The notes under the pieces are model-generated. The model saw nothing but the letters and a program-made list of their open reading frames with translations, did no database searches and was not told where the DNA came from. Made by a program: the position numbers and the translations under genes. Positions 22,973-37,478 of a stretch of 64,000 nt of DNA are shown one piece after another (positions within the stretch are counted from its first letter, which is position 1; each line of letters begins with the position of its first letter). Origin of the DNA: Dictyostelium discoideum (Eukaryota); assembly GCA_000004695.1 (NCBI GenBank), contig CM000151.3, positions 5,088,001 through 5,152,000 on the forward strand. Direction: 5' to 3'.

Positions 22973-25900
22973 CATTTGAAGATGCAAATATTAAACCATC
23001 AACATTACGTGGATCAGATACAGCAGTATTTATTGGTATGATGAATCTTGATTATCAAAGATGTCAATTCAGAGATATATCATATATTAATCCGTATACA
23101 GTTACTGGTAGTGCAGGATCATTTGTATCAAATCGTTTAAGTTTTAGTTTTGATTTACGTGGTCCATCAATGACACTTGATACAGCATGTTCATCATCAT
23201 TGAATGCAGTTTATCTTGGTTGTCAAGCTATTGCAACTGGTGATAGTAAGATGGCAATTGTTGGTGGTGTCAATGGTATTTTCGATCCAAGTATTTCAAT
23301 GACATTCTCTGGATTAAATATGTTGGGACACAAAGGTCAATGTAGATCATTCGATGCTGGTGCTGATGGTTACATCCGTAGTGAAGGTGGTGGTGTTTGT
23401 ATCCTAAAGAAATATTCAGATGCAATTAAAGATGGTGACCGTATTTATTGTGTTATCAAAGGTGGTAGTTCAAATGTTGATGGATACAATGCAAAGACCA
23501 ATATCACTCAACCATCAATGAAGGCTCAAGGTGAAAACATTGAAATTGCTTTAAAGAAATCTGGTGTAAATCCATCAGATATCTATTATATAGAAGCTCA
23601 TGGTACTGGTACACCAGTTGGTGATCCGATTGAAATTGAAGCAATATCAAGAATATTCAAAGATAATCATACACCCGATGCTCCATTGTACATTGGTTCA
23701 GTTAAAAGCAACATTGGTCATCTTGAAAGTGCTGCCGGTATTGCATCATTAATCAAAGTTGCACTCTCTTTAAAAAATCGTTCATTGGTTCCAAATATTC
23801 ATTTTGAAAAACCAAATCCATTAATCAAATTCGAAGATTGGAATATTCGTGTAGTCACTGATGAAATCCAGTTCCCAACCAATAAATTAATTAATATGGG
23901 TATTAATTGTTTTGGTCTATCTGGTTCAAATTGTCATATGATTCTAAGTGAAGCACCAATTAATTATGATGAATTATTGAAAACAACAAATAATAACTCT
24001 ACATCCTCTTCTTCAAATGATGATAAAAAAGAATATTTAATACCATTTTCAGCAAACTGTAATATTTCATTAGATAAATATATAGAGAAATTAATTTCAA
24101 ACCAATCTATTTATAAAGATACAATATTATTTAAAGATTTTGTAAAACATCAAACAATTTCAAAATCAAATTTAATAAAGAGAAAAGTTATAACCGCTTC
24201 CGATTGGGATGACTTTTTAAATAAAAGAAATGAAACTACATCAACTTCATCATTGACTTCAACAATTTCAGCACCAGCTTCATCAACTCCAGTCATTTAT
24301 GTTTTCACCGGTCAAGGCCCACAATGGAGAGATATGGGTAAAGCATTATATGAAACTGAATCAGTATTTAAAGATGCCATTGATCATTGTGATAAATTAC
24401 TTGCTAATTATTTTGGATATTCAATACTCCAAAAGTTACGTTCATTAGAAAGTGATGATTCACCAGAAATTCATCATCCAATTTTAGCACAACCAAGTAT
24501 TTTCTTAATTCAAGTTGGTTTAGTCGCACTTTATAAATCATTTGGTATTTCACCATCAATTGTAGTTGGTCATAGTTTTGGTGAAGTTTCATCCGCTTTA
24601 TTCTCTGGTGTCATCAGTTTAGAAACTGCTGTTAAAATCGTTTACTATAGAGGCTTAGCTCAAAATTTAACAATGGGAACTGGTAGATTATTATCAATTG
24701 GTATCGGTGCTGATGCTTATCTTGAAAAATGTGCTTTATTATATCCAGAAATTGAAATAGCTTGTTATAATGATCCAAATTCAATTGTTATTACTGGTTC
24801 TGAACAAGATTTGTTAGGTGCTAAATCAACACTATCAGCTGAAGGTGTTTTTTGTGCTTTCTTAGGTACACCATGTTCTTTCCACTCATCAAAACAAGAA
24901 ATGATTAAAGAAAAGATATTCAAAGATTTATCAGATTTACCAGAATCAAATGTACCATGTGTACCATTCTTTTCAACAATTACTGGTTCACAATTATCTC
25001 ATAAAGGTTTCTACAATGTTCAATACATTTATGATAATTTACGTATGCCTGTTGAATTCACCAAAGCCATTTCAAACATTTTCAATTTCATTGAAGAAAA
25101 TGAATCATACAAGAATGCAATCTTTTTAGAGATTGGTCCTCATCCAACTTTAGGTTTTTATATTCCAAAATGTAAACCATCAAATTCAACAATAACTTCA
25201 AAACCAATTATAGTATCACCATTACATAAAAAGAAAGAAGAATTAACACAATTTAAATTAGCAATTTCAACTCTATATTGTAATGGTGTTGAAATTGATT
25301 TTGCAAGTGGTCAACAATTATTACCAACTTCTTCTTCATCCGGAGGTGGCGATATATCATCATTTAAAGAGTCGACAAATAAATTACCAAGATACCAATG
25401 GGATTTTGAAGAATATTGGGATGAACCAAACCAAAGTAAAATGGTAAAACGTGGTCCATCAAATAATTTATTAGGTCATGATCAATTTGCAGGTAATACT
25501 TTAATGGAATTATTTATTGATATTAATAAATCTGCTCATCAATATCTAAAAGGTCATAAAATTAAAGGTAAATATCTTTTCCCAGGTTCTGGTTATATTG
25601 ATAATATTCTTCGTCAATTCAATGGTCAAGATATTACCATTTTCAATTTAGAATTTTCAAATCCATTCTTTTTGAAAGATGGTGTTCAACATCATTTACA
25701 AACTTCAATTACACCAACTACCAAGGGTGAATTTAAAGTTGAATTCTTTATAAAGGATAATAGAAACTCAACTAAATGGACTAAAACTTCAAATGGTCGT
25801 ATTGGATTATTCAAACATAATCCAAAGAATAATAAATTGGATATTGAAAAACTTAAAAGTCAATGTTCATTTACCACCCTTACAAAGTCTGAAGTTTACA

Positions 25901-28900
25901 ATAAGCTATTGTTATTAAGTTTACCATATGGTCCAACTTTCCAAAGAGTTGAATCATGTTCAATTGGTGATGGATGTTCATTCTTTAAACTTTCAATGTC
26001 ACCTTGTTCAGAGTTTGACAAAGATTTCTTAAATCCTTCAATTATTGATTGTGCATTCCATGGTTTATTAGTACTCAGTGAAGGTCCACAAGAGATTGTT
26101 TTCGATCGTTTACAAGATATGAAATTCTATTCTTCAAATGTACCTTCAACAAGACCTCAATTCATTTATGCCTTTGCTAAATTCGATAAAATTGTAGGAA
26201 ATTCAACTCATGGTTCTCTAGATATCATGTTAGAAGATGGTACATTATTAATTTCAATTAAAAATGTTAAATGTACATCATTAATACGTTTAAAGAAACA
26301 ATCAATTAAATATCCTTCACAAAATGTTTATTCACACCATTGGCAATCAAAAGATTCACCATTAACTTTAATTGAAAATCAATTAATTGAAGAGAAATCA
26401 TCAGAATCTAAAATTAATTTTGAAAAATTATTAAATGATAAATTATTTAATGATTATTTAATTAGATTATTAAACCAATCAATTAAATCTGAATTTATAG
26501 AATTCGATTATAAAACTTCAACAGTAGATACTTTAGAAATTGATTCAAATAATACAAAACTATTAGAAAAGATTCAATCAATTTTAAAAACAATTGATTC
26601 ATTAGATCAATCAATTGATTTAGCTAGTTTAAAACAAGTAATTATTGAAAAATCATCATCATTTAAAAAAGAAATTAATTTAATTGAAAAATCAATCAAA
26701 CGTATTGTTTCATTATTAAAAGGTGGTGAAAGTGAACATTTTTCACCAAGTAATCCAAGTTCACCAAATGACACACCAAGATATAATTCAAACAATTGTT
26801 CTTCAAAGAGTAATAATACCTCTAGTGGTGCTGATGATGATACTAACAATGAAGAAACAATTAATCAATTAAATAATGAACCATTTAATTTCTCAAATTC
26901 TCAATTCATTTCAAATCAAAATCAATTAATTTCAAAAACAATTGTAAATTCATTTGATAGATTAATTAATTCGATTGAAATTGGCGAAAAGAAATTAATT
27001 AAAATAATTGATTTATCAAGTATCTATCAAAATAATCAACTTTCAAAATTATTATTATTACAATTAAATCAATTACTAATTAATTTATCAAATAATAATA
27101 ATATTGAAATTGAATATACAATTCCATCAAATACCAAAAATATTGATTCAATTAAAGAAGAAACTAAATCGATTTCAAATTTATTAAATATTAAATATCG
27201 TAGTTTTGATTTACAAGATGATTTAGAAAGTAATGGTTATTTAAATTCAAATTATGATTTAATTATAACTTCTTTATTATTAGTTTCAACAAACTCAATT
27301 GATTCAAATGAAGTTTTATCAAAACTTTATAAATTATTATTACCAAAAGGTCAATTAATTTTAATGGAACCACCAAAGGATGTATTATCATTCAATCTTT
27401 TATTTGCAAATGATTTCAAACAATCATTAGAAATTAAAAGTGAACAAGAAATTAAATCATTAATTAGATATTGTGGTTTCACTAAAATTGAAACAAATAA
27501 TATTACCCAAGATGATGAAGAAGAACAACAACAACCACCATCAATTTTAATAGTTCAAACTGAAAAGAGAGATATTGAATCAATGTCATTGACTTTCTCA
27601 TCAGATCCAGAATCATTAAATTCTTCATATAGTAATTGTATATTCATAGTTTCAAAAGAACAAAAAGAAAATCCAACTTCATATATTCAAGAATATTTTG
27701 ATATTACTGAAGTATTCTGTGATAACACTACAATTATTGAAGCTGGTGATAGTGAATTATTAACAAAGACAATTGAATCAGGTATTGGTAAAAATGATAT
27801 TATTTTCTTTTTAGTTTCACTTGAAGAATTAACAATTGAAAATTATAAACAAGTTACAATGCAATATACATTAGTTAATCAAATACTTTTAAGAAATAAT
27901 CTTTCAACTAGATTTGCTTTATTAACTTACGATTCTCAAAATGGTGGTAAAAATTATTTAGGATCATCATTAATTGGTACTTTTAGATACTTTTTAGAAT
28001 TTCCATCATTGAATACCTTTTCAATTGATGTCGATAAAGATTCAATTGATAATCTTACATTATTCTTACGTTTAGTTGATCTATCTACAATTGGTGATAG
28101 AGAAACTATTGTTAGAAATAATAAAATTTTTGTTCAAAAGATTTTCAAAGAGCCAAAATTGTTATCACCATCAAATAATTACGAAAAGGATACAAATAAT
28201 TTATATTTGAATACAAATAGTAATTTAGATTTTTCATTCCAATGCAAAGAGAAATTACCACATGGTTCCGTCGAAATTAAAGTTATGTCAACTGGTATCA
28301 ACTATAAAGATAATCTTTTCTATAGAGGTTTATTACCACAAGAAATCTTTACAAAAGGTGATATTTATTCTCCACCATTCGGTTTAGAATGTGCTGGTTA
28401 TATTACACGTGTTGCACCAAGTGGCGTTACTCGTTTCAAAGTTGGTGATCAAGTTGTTGGTTTTGCAAGCCATTCTTTAAGTTCACTAGCTATTACTCAT
28501 CAAGATAAAATTGTATTAAAACCTGAAAATATTTCATTCAATGAAGCTGCTGCCGTTTGTGTAGTTTATGCAACAAGTTATTATTCAATTTTCCATATTG
28601 GTGCATTTATGGCCGATAAAGAATCAATCCTAGTTCATTCTGCAACTGGTGGTGTTGGTTTAGCAACTTTAAATCTTTTAAAATGGAAGAGAAATCAATT
28701 GAAAAAACATGGCAACTCTGAAATTAGTAATGATGCTTCAATTTATGCTACAGTGGGTTCTAAAGAAAAAGTCGATTATTTACAAGAGAAATATGGTGAT
28801 TTAATAACTGCAATTTACAATAGTAGAGATACTGAATATTGCGATGAAATTAAACAACAATCAGCACAAGGAGGTGTAGATTTAATTTTAAATACACTCT

Positions 28901-30465
28901 CTGGTGATTATTTATCTGCAAATTTCCGTTCACTTTCCCAAGTTGGTAGAATTATGGATTTATCAGTCACTCAATTGGTTGAAAATGATTCATTAGATTT
29001 TTCAAACTTTAAGTATCATGTTACTTACAGTACAATCGATTTAGAAAGAGCTACAACATATAATTCAAAAATCGTTAGAGATATCCTCACAGAAGTATTT
29101 GATGCAATTTCTGATGGTAGTCTTGAAAATATTCCAGTTAAAGTTTTCCCAGCAACTCAAGTTAAAACTGCGATTGAATATATTAATGAACGTGTTCATA
29201 TTGGTAAAATTGTAGTTGATTTTGAAAACTTTGAACAAGATATTCTTAAACCAGCTTTACAAGAGAAAGAAAATCCAATTCAATTGAATAAAGTTAAAAA
29301 ATTGGAACATACTTGTGATACTTTAAATAATACAATTTTAATCACTGGTCAAACTGGTATTGCTGTTCATATTTTAAAATGGATTATTTCTGGTTCTGTT
29401 TTAAATTCAAATAAATCACAACAACAAGTAACAGATTTCATAATTTTATCAAGATCATCATTAAAATGGGAACTTGAAAATTTAATTAATCAAACTAAAC
29501 ATAAATATGGTGATAGATTTAGATTCCATTATAAATCTGTAAATATTGCAGATTTAAATTCAACTCGTACTGCAATTGATCAAGTTTATTCAAGTTGTAA
29601 AAATGTTTCACCAATTAAATCAGTATTACATTTTGCAACAGTTTATGAATACATTTTACCAGAAGATATCACTCAAACCGTAATTGATAATACTCATAAT
29701 CCAAAAGCAGTCGGTGCAATTAATTTACATAATCTTTCAATTGAAAAAGATTGGAAATTAGAAAACTTTATTCTCTTTTCATCAATTGGTGCTATCATTG
29801 GTGGTTCAAAACAATGTGCATATAGTAGTGCTAATTTAGTATTGGATTCATTATCAAACTATAGAAAGAGTATTGGTCTTGCTTCAACTTCAATTAATTG
29901 GGGTGGTTTGGATGCTGGTGGTGTTGCCGCCACTGATAAATCAGTCGCAAGTTTCTTAGAGGGTCAAGGTATTTTATTGGTTTCTTTATCAAAGATTTTA
30001 GGTTGTCTTGATTCAGTTTTCCAACCATCTAATTCCCATTTATCAAACTTTATGCTTTCAAGTTTCAATATTGATAATCTTTTATCTTCTGCACCTCAAA
30101 TGAAGAGAAAAATGGGTCACCACCTAACAAATTATAAAACTTCATCTGCTAGCTCTGATGATTCATTGGGTGATTCTAGTTCTACTCAAGCAAAAGTCAT
30201 TTCTACAATCTCTGAATTATTATCAATTCATCCATCAAAATTAAATTTAGATACAAGATTAAAAGACTATGGTATTGATTCTTTATTAACAGTACAATTA
30301 AAGAATTGGATAGATAAAGAATTTACAAAGAATTTATTCACTCATTTACAATTATCATCAAGTAGTATTAATAGTATCATTCAGAGAATTAGTTCAAAAT
30401 CAACTTCAACATCTACTCCCAATCCAACTAACACCACAAAACAAACCGCAACAACAAAAACATAA
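22973..30465 (+). CDS. polyketide synthase copy A, exon 2 of 2 (about 2603 aa total): KS-AT-DH-(degenerate MT-like)-ER-KR-ACP, no C-terminal release domain
   Basis: Acceptor AG at 22971-22972. KS active-site [85 protein letters not shown] plus [19 protein letters not shown]. Contains track ORF 23038..30465. Confidence 0.9.
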
Positions 30466-30779
30466 GTAGTTCAAACAACTCCAACTACATTTGACACTTC
30501 TATGTTTATTCCATATTTAAAAAATTAAAAAAAAAAAATTAATAAAAAAAATTAAAAATATCTTTTAATATTAATACTTAAAAATTCTTGAACTATATTT
30601 ATTAAAAAAAAAAATTACCTTTAACCAATTTAAAAAAAAAACAAAAAAATAATAATAGTGTACAAATAAAAGAAATAATTAAAAAAAAAACAAAAAAAAT
30701 AATATTAATATTAAAGAAATGGAAAAAAAAAAAAAAAAGTGTTTAGCAAAGTTTTTTTTTTTTTTTTTTATTTGGCAAT

Positions 30780-31372
30780 GATTTTACCGAATAACGATAC
30801 GATGTTGAGTGGTAACATTATTACCAAGTTTTTCGAGATAGGTTTGGTTGTTTTTCTAAAATTTATTTAACATCTGATGTAAAACCTGCTTGTTTTTCAA
30901 CTGCTGCTTTAACAATTGCTGATACCTCTTTATCTTTGTTTTAATACTAATAAATATTCCTCTTTTTTTTTTATTGTTTAAAATAATGGTTAGTTTTTAT
31001 TAAAAAAAATTTAAAAATTTAAAACTTACTTTGATGTGTTTTAACTTGGCATGCTAATGAATAAATTTCAATACCATTGGTATTTTTCAAGAGATTATCT
31101 ATTATGATTTGAGCCAATCCATAGAATTAACTTGTTTAACCAAGAATTTTTTACCATTCTGGTACTTTTTTCAATGGTGCCATAACTTCTGGTTTATTTT
31201 GATGAACAAGGTATGCATTAACATGTGCTATTCAAGTGGCAATGTATGGTTTATTTTGATAAACTTGATCTTCCTTCTTAAAAATTTAATATTGTTAATT
31301 CTTATTAATATCATTGTGGAAATCCATTTGATCTTCAAGATATTTACTATGTTGACTAGAGATGGATTTTGA
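30780..31372 (-). pseudogene. decayed inverted partial copy of the NAA15 3' end (exon 7-like 30780-30960 and exon 6-like 31081-31372), pseudogene relic inside the duplicated PKS arm
   Basis: Reverse complement of 31081-31372 aligns to NAA15 exon 6 (45113-45539) with substitutions and a roughly 90-nt deletion. Reverse complement of 30780-30960 aligns to NAA15 exon 7 (45720-45905). No intact frame. Track ORF 31109..31372 is its antisense read-through, which explains its similarity to track ORF 45197..45436. Confidence 0.65.
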
Positions 31373-31567
31373 GAAAGATCACGGTCACCAAATAGGAATT
31401 AAAATTTTAATTTTCTGGTCGTTTGTTGTGTTTTTAATTTGTTTTTGATTTTTTTTTTTTTTTAATTTTTTTTTTTTTTTTTTTTTTTTTTTGACACTTT
31501 GGTGTTTTTGATTTTTTTTTGATTTTTTTTTTTATATTTTATTTAATTTTAAATTTTTTGAAACACA

Positions 31568-31888
31568 ATGAACAAATTTTGGGAAACTGGTAGAAAGATT
31601 GTTGCAGTAGGAAGAAATTATGCACAACATGCTAAAGAATTAGGAAATGAAATTCCATCAGAACCATTCTTTTTTTTAAAACCAACTTCAAGTTATTTAC
31701 TTCAAGGAACTGGTCCAATTGAAATCCCATTAGAATCATCAGATATTCACCATGAAGTTGAATTAGGTATTGTCATTGGTAAAAAAGGTAGAGATATTGA
31801 TTTAAAATCTGCAATGGATTATGTTAGTGGTTATACATTAGCTTTAGATATGACTTCAAGAGATCAACAATCAATTGCCAAAGCTAAA
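31568..31888 (+). CDS. FAHD1-like fumarylacetoacetate-hydrolase-domain protein (acylpyruvase/oxaloacetate decarboxylase), exon 1 of 2
   Basis: MNKFWETGRKIVAVGRNYAQHAKELGNEIPSEPFFFLKPTSS. Donor GTAAGT at 31889. Confidence 0.85.
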
Positions 31889-31995
31889 GTAAGTTTTTTT
31901 TTTTTTTTTTTTTTCAAATAAAAAAAAAACTTAAAATTATCTATACTAATTTTCATTATTATTATTATTATTATTATTGACTAATAATAATAAAG

Positions 31996-32331
31996 TCATT
32001 ACCATGGACAGTTTCAAAAGGTTATGATACATTTTGTCCAATTTCTGGATTTATACCAAAAGATAAAATTAAAGATTTAAATAATGTTGAATTATGGTGT
32101 AGTGTCGATGGTCAAATCAAACAAAAAGGTAATACCAACCAAATGATTTTCGATGTTCCACATTTAATTCAATATATTAGTTCAATTATGACATTAGAAT
32201 CTGGCGATTTAATTTTAACTGGTACACCTTCTGGTGTTGGTCCAGTAAAACCTGGACAAGTAATTAAATGTGGTATCACTGGTTTAGATACTGACATGCA
32301 ATTCGATATCATTTTAAGAAAGAGAAATTAA
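31996..32331 (+). CDS. FAHD1-like protein, exon 2 of 2 (stop 32329-32331)
   Basis: Acceptor aaag at 31994-31995. ..MIFDVPHLIQYISSIMTLESGDLILTGTPSGVGPVKPGQ.. is the FAH-fold signature. Contains track ORF 32143..32331. Confidence 0.85.
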   Translation, partial: SLPWTVSKGYDTFCPISGFIPKDKIKDLNNVELWCSVDGQIKQKGNTNQMIFDVPHLIQYISSIMTLESGDLILTGTPSGVGPVKPGQVIKCGITGLDTDMQFDIILRKRN

Positions 32332-32433
32332 AATCCTTTTAAAATTATAAATTATAAATAAAAAAAAAAAAAATTAAAAAAGAAAAAATATTTTAAAAAA
32401 AAAAATCAAGATTAATCAATTTATTATAATTTT

Positions 32434-33567
<1,134 letters not shown>

Positions 33568-33606
33568 CTTTTATGAACCAATTGGAATAAATGGGTTATT
33601 ATTAAT

Positions 33607-33637
<31 letters not shown>

Positions 33638-33677
33638 CTTTCAAAAAAAAATTTTTATATAAATATTATATACATAC

Positions 33678-33995
33678 ATCCAAACCTTCAAACATTACAG
33701 AATTTCTAAATGCTTGTTGATCAGAGACAACCCTTGTTGTTTGAGGGAAACCATGACAATGTTCTCCTTTATAAACTGTACTATTTTGATTGGTATCACC
33801 AATTCTCTCAACCTGTTTTCTGACATTACAACCTTGAAATGTACATTTATAATAGTGTCTTGGATGTAAACTTCCCTTTACATTCTTTTGACCATATTTT
33901 CTCCATTGATAACCATCAGATACAATATTAGAAATATTATTACTATTATTACTATTATTACTATTATTACTATTAGTATTACTATTTTGAGGCGA

Positions 33996-34029
<34 letters not shown>

Positions 34030-34445
34030 TGAGTTGAGTTATTTTCTTCATCTTCTTCATTATTGATATTATTAATACTATAATTGTTATTGTTATTGTT
34101 ATTGTTATTGTTATTGTTATTGTTATTGTTATTGTTATTGTTATTGTTATTGTTATTATTTATATTGTTATTATTTATATTGTTATTAGTTTTATTTTTC
34201 TTTTGTTTCTTTAAAGGTGTTGGTGTAGTAGTTGTTGTTGTTGTTGTGGTTGTTGCAGGTGATTGTTTTTGAGGAGATATTTGAACTGGTGAAAATGGTG
34301 GTTGTTGATCTGATAAATTACTTTTAGGTGAAGTTGGTACAACATTGGAAGATTTCTTTGAATAATAAGGTGATGATGAAATCATTGGTGGAATGATCTT
34401 TAAATTTGATAGAAATCCTTCTCCATTTGGTTTGTTATTTCTATA

Positions 34446-34523
<78 letters not shown>

Positions 34524-34667
34524 TTCATTATTTTTACCAAATGCAGTTTCATTATCACGTTTAAATGGATTAGTTGGAATAGGTGGGAAATAATCATTTG
34601 GTTTTTGTTCCTCTTTCTTATTGGTATTAATTATTTTTTCAGTTTGCTCTTTGTCGACTTGCATTTC

Positions 34668-34716
<49 letters not shown>

Positions 34717-34718
34717 GG

Positions 34719-34751
<33 letters not shown>

Positions 34752-35273
34752 TTCACCATGTTCTTGTTGGATTTGGTGATAATTTTCTTCTTTAATTTGT
34801 AGTTTTTGAATTTTTGAATTGGTACGAGATTGGTTTTTATTGAGAAGAGAATTATCAAATTCAGAATGAGACGTTAATTGTTGCTTTGGATTTGATTGGT
34901 TTTTATCATGATTCAATTTTTTTTGTTTAAATATCTCTGACTCTGAGAATGAATCACTTTCATCATTATTATTTTTATTTTTACTTTTATTACTAATGTT
35001 GTTTTTTTTATAATTATTGTTATTATTACCCTCAAAATATTCATCATCATCGTCATCATATTTTTCATCATCATCATCATCATCATCAATATATTCATCA
35101 CTTGCATCATATTCATCTTCATTATCACTTTTTGTTAAAAAAGTTATTTGTTGTTTTACATTATGTGTTGTAGTTTTATTTTTTTTTTGTTTAGTGGTTT
35201 TATTTACAGAGTTTTTTACAATTGGTTGTAATTTATTATTATTATTATTATTTATATTTTCTATAGCATCCTT

Positions 35274-35339
<66 letters not shown>

Positions 35340-35604
35340 TTGTTGTTGTTTTTGTTCTTGTTCTTGTTCTAGTTGTTTTTGTTGTAATGCCAATAATTTC
35401 TTTGCCATATATTTACTAATTTTACCATTTTGTTGTGGTGAATTACCGCCATTAGTATCATTAAGATTGGATTTGAGTTTTGGTTTTTGTAATTTAGCCG
35501 ATTTGTTTGGTTTATCAACAAATGTTGGTTCATTATTTTCAATGGTGTCATCATCACCATAATCATCTTCATCATCTTCATTATTATTGTTGTTGTTGTT
35601 GTTG

Positions 35605-35647
<43 letters not shown>

Positions 35648-36263
35648 TATTATTTGTGGTTGTAGTTGTAGTTGTAGTTGTGGTGGTTGATGAACCATTT
35701 ACACCAACTTTGTTATTTTCATTATTATTATTATTGTTGTTATTATTATTATTTACATTAATTTCATTGATATTGGTAAGAAATGATTTATCTGGTGATA
35801 TGGATAGAATTGAAGAATTTCTTAATTCCTCAATTGAAAATGATTGATTCTCTTTCAATGATTGATGAAGTTTGTGGAATAATACTAACTCTTTTTCACC
35901 TGGTTTAATTTGATTTGCTGATTTGATCATATTTTGAATAAAATCTCTATCACTATTATTATTATTACTATTACTATTATTGGGTATGTTGGTGTCTTTA
36001 TTTGTATTATTTATAAGACTTTCAAAATAATTGGAATATTTATTTATTCCATTATTATTATTATTATTATTGCTATTGCTATTGCTATTGCCATTGTTTT
36101 TATTATTGTTATTGTTATTGTTATTGTTATTGTTATTGTTATTGTTATTGTTATTGTTATTGTTATTGTTATTGTTATTGTTATTGTTATTGTTATTGTA
36201 ATTGTTATTGTTATTGTTATTGTTATTGTTATTATTTAAATTTTCATTACCAGAAATAGTGTG

Positions 36264-36327
<64 letters not shown>

Positions 36328-36359
36328 TTATTTAATTCGGTGGAATATTGAGCTCCCAT
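33678..36359 (-). CDS. wrky1: WRKY transcription factor, exon 1 of 2 (894 aa; extreme poly-Asn/poly-Gln/acidic low complexity; N-terminal WRKY domain at its 3' end)
   Basis: ATG at 36359 (MGAQYST..). WRKYGQK plus C-X4-C...H-X-H zinc finger ([41 protein letters not shown]). GTATGT donor immediately after GAT (plus-strand acatac, 33672-33677). Confidence 0.85.
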
Positions 36360-36589
36360 CTTTTTATATAATTATTAAGTATATTATTTTTATTTTAATT
36401 TGTGATTTTTTCCAAAATGAAAATAAAAAATAAGAATTCTTCCGAAAAAAAAAAAAAAAAATTAAAAAAATTAAAGTTGTATTCAAAAAAATAAAAAAAA
36501 AAAGAATCAATTAATTAATTCTGTATTTTTGTATCCTATAATTAATTTATTATAAAGAAAAATAAAAAAAATATATGTCGTATTAGTAA

Positions 36590-36632
<43 letters not shown>

Positions 36633-36807
36633 GATTTATAAAGAGGCACACGCAAATCTGTTATTTAATTAAATTTAGTGATCAAAAAAAATAATAATAA
36701 TAATAATAATAATAGTAATAAAAAAATAATAAAATAATAAAAAATATAAAATATAAAATATAAAGTGATAAATCTTTTAAAAGATTTTTTTTATTTTATT
36801 TTTGTGT

Positions 36808-36855
<48 letters not shown>

Positions 36856-37225
36856 AAAAAATAAAAACTGGCAAAAATCGATTTTTATATTTAATGTTAA
36901 TAAAAAAAAAAAATTAAATAAATAAAAATTATTGGTGCTGGGTTGTAATTTATTTGTTGTTTATTTGTTTTTTTTTTTTTTGTTTTATTGGTAATGATGA
37001 CAAAGGATTTTTTTTTTTTTTTTTTTTTTTTTAAATAAAAAAAAAAAAAAAAAATTATAATATTATTAATTATTAAATTGAATTATAATACCCCTCCAGA
37101 CATCATTAATATGAATAAAATTATAGATAAAAATGGTACAATTTTAAAATAAAAATTATTTTTATTTTTTTTTTTTAAAAAAAAAAGGAACACATTCATA
37201 TTTCTTGTGTAAAATAATTATGAGC

Positions 37226-37478
37226 AAGTGTGTGTTGGTGTTGAGTGTGAGTTTGTGATTTAAATTTCTTTTTTTTTTTTCTTTTTTTTATTTTATTTTA
37301 TTTTTATTTTTTTAGTTCATGACATATTTGTAGAACAAAATAGAGAACAAATAAAAATTAAAAAGTAAAAATAACAAAATAAAAACTAAAAATAAAAAAA
37401 ATAAAAAAAACTCTTTCTCTATTTAAATAAATGTGTTGTAATTTTATTGTGTTTGTGCGTGGGGGTGGTGTGTGTTGA
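37226..37478. promoter_or_regulatory. GT-rich G-box-like elements (37226-37258, 37449-37478; a further one at 38298-38333) in the 2.1 kb divergent intergenic region between wrky1 (ATG 36359, -) and the KAS gene (ATG 38494, +)
   Basis: gcaagtgtgtgttggtgttgagtgtgagtttgtg; gtgtttgtgcgtgggggtggtgtgtgttga; tgtgtgtttgtgtgtttgtgtgtgtgtt. These are islands of mixed composition within poly-A/T DNA. Confidence 0.3.

Larger units (their letters stand above)
22420..31380. repeat. arm A of a roughly 9 kb inverted segmental duplication (PKS copy A with about 90 bp of 5' flank and the decayed NAA15 exon 6-7 relic)
   Basis: Collinear, reverse-complement homology to 45113-54445. 5' flanks align (aaaccagacaaactttctaaaaaaaaaaaatcctta.. 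versus aaaccagtcaaattttttaaaaaaaaatcctta..). The CDS differs by a few percent. The 3' part matches NAA15 exons 6-7. Confidence 0.85.

Noticed and set aside
24404-26849. Short minus-strand ORFs inside PKS copy A (and 50111..50296 inside copy B)
   Set aside because: Antisense of a 7.5 kb ORF with complete PKS domain content.
31109-31372. Plus-strand 87-aa ORF (..FFQWCHNFWFILM..)
   Set aside because: Antisense read-through of the decayed NAA15 exon-6 relic. Its twin, 45197..45436, is the antisense of the functional exon 6.
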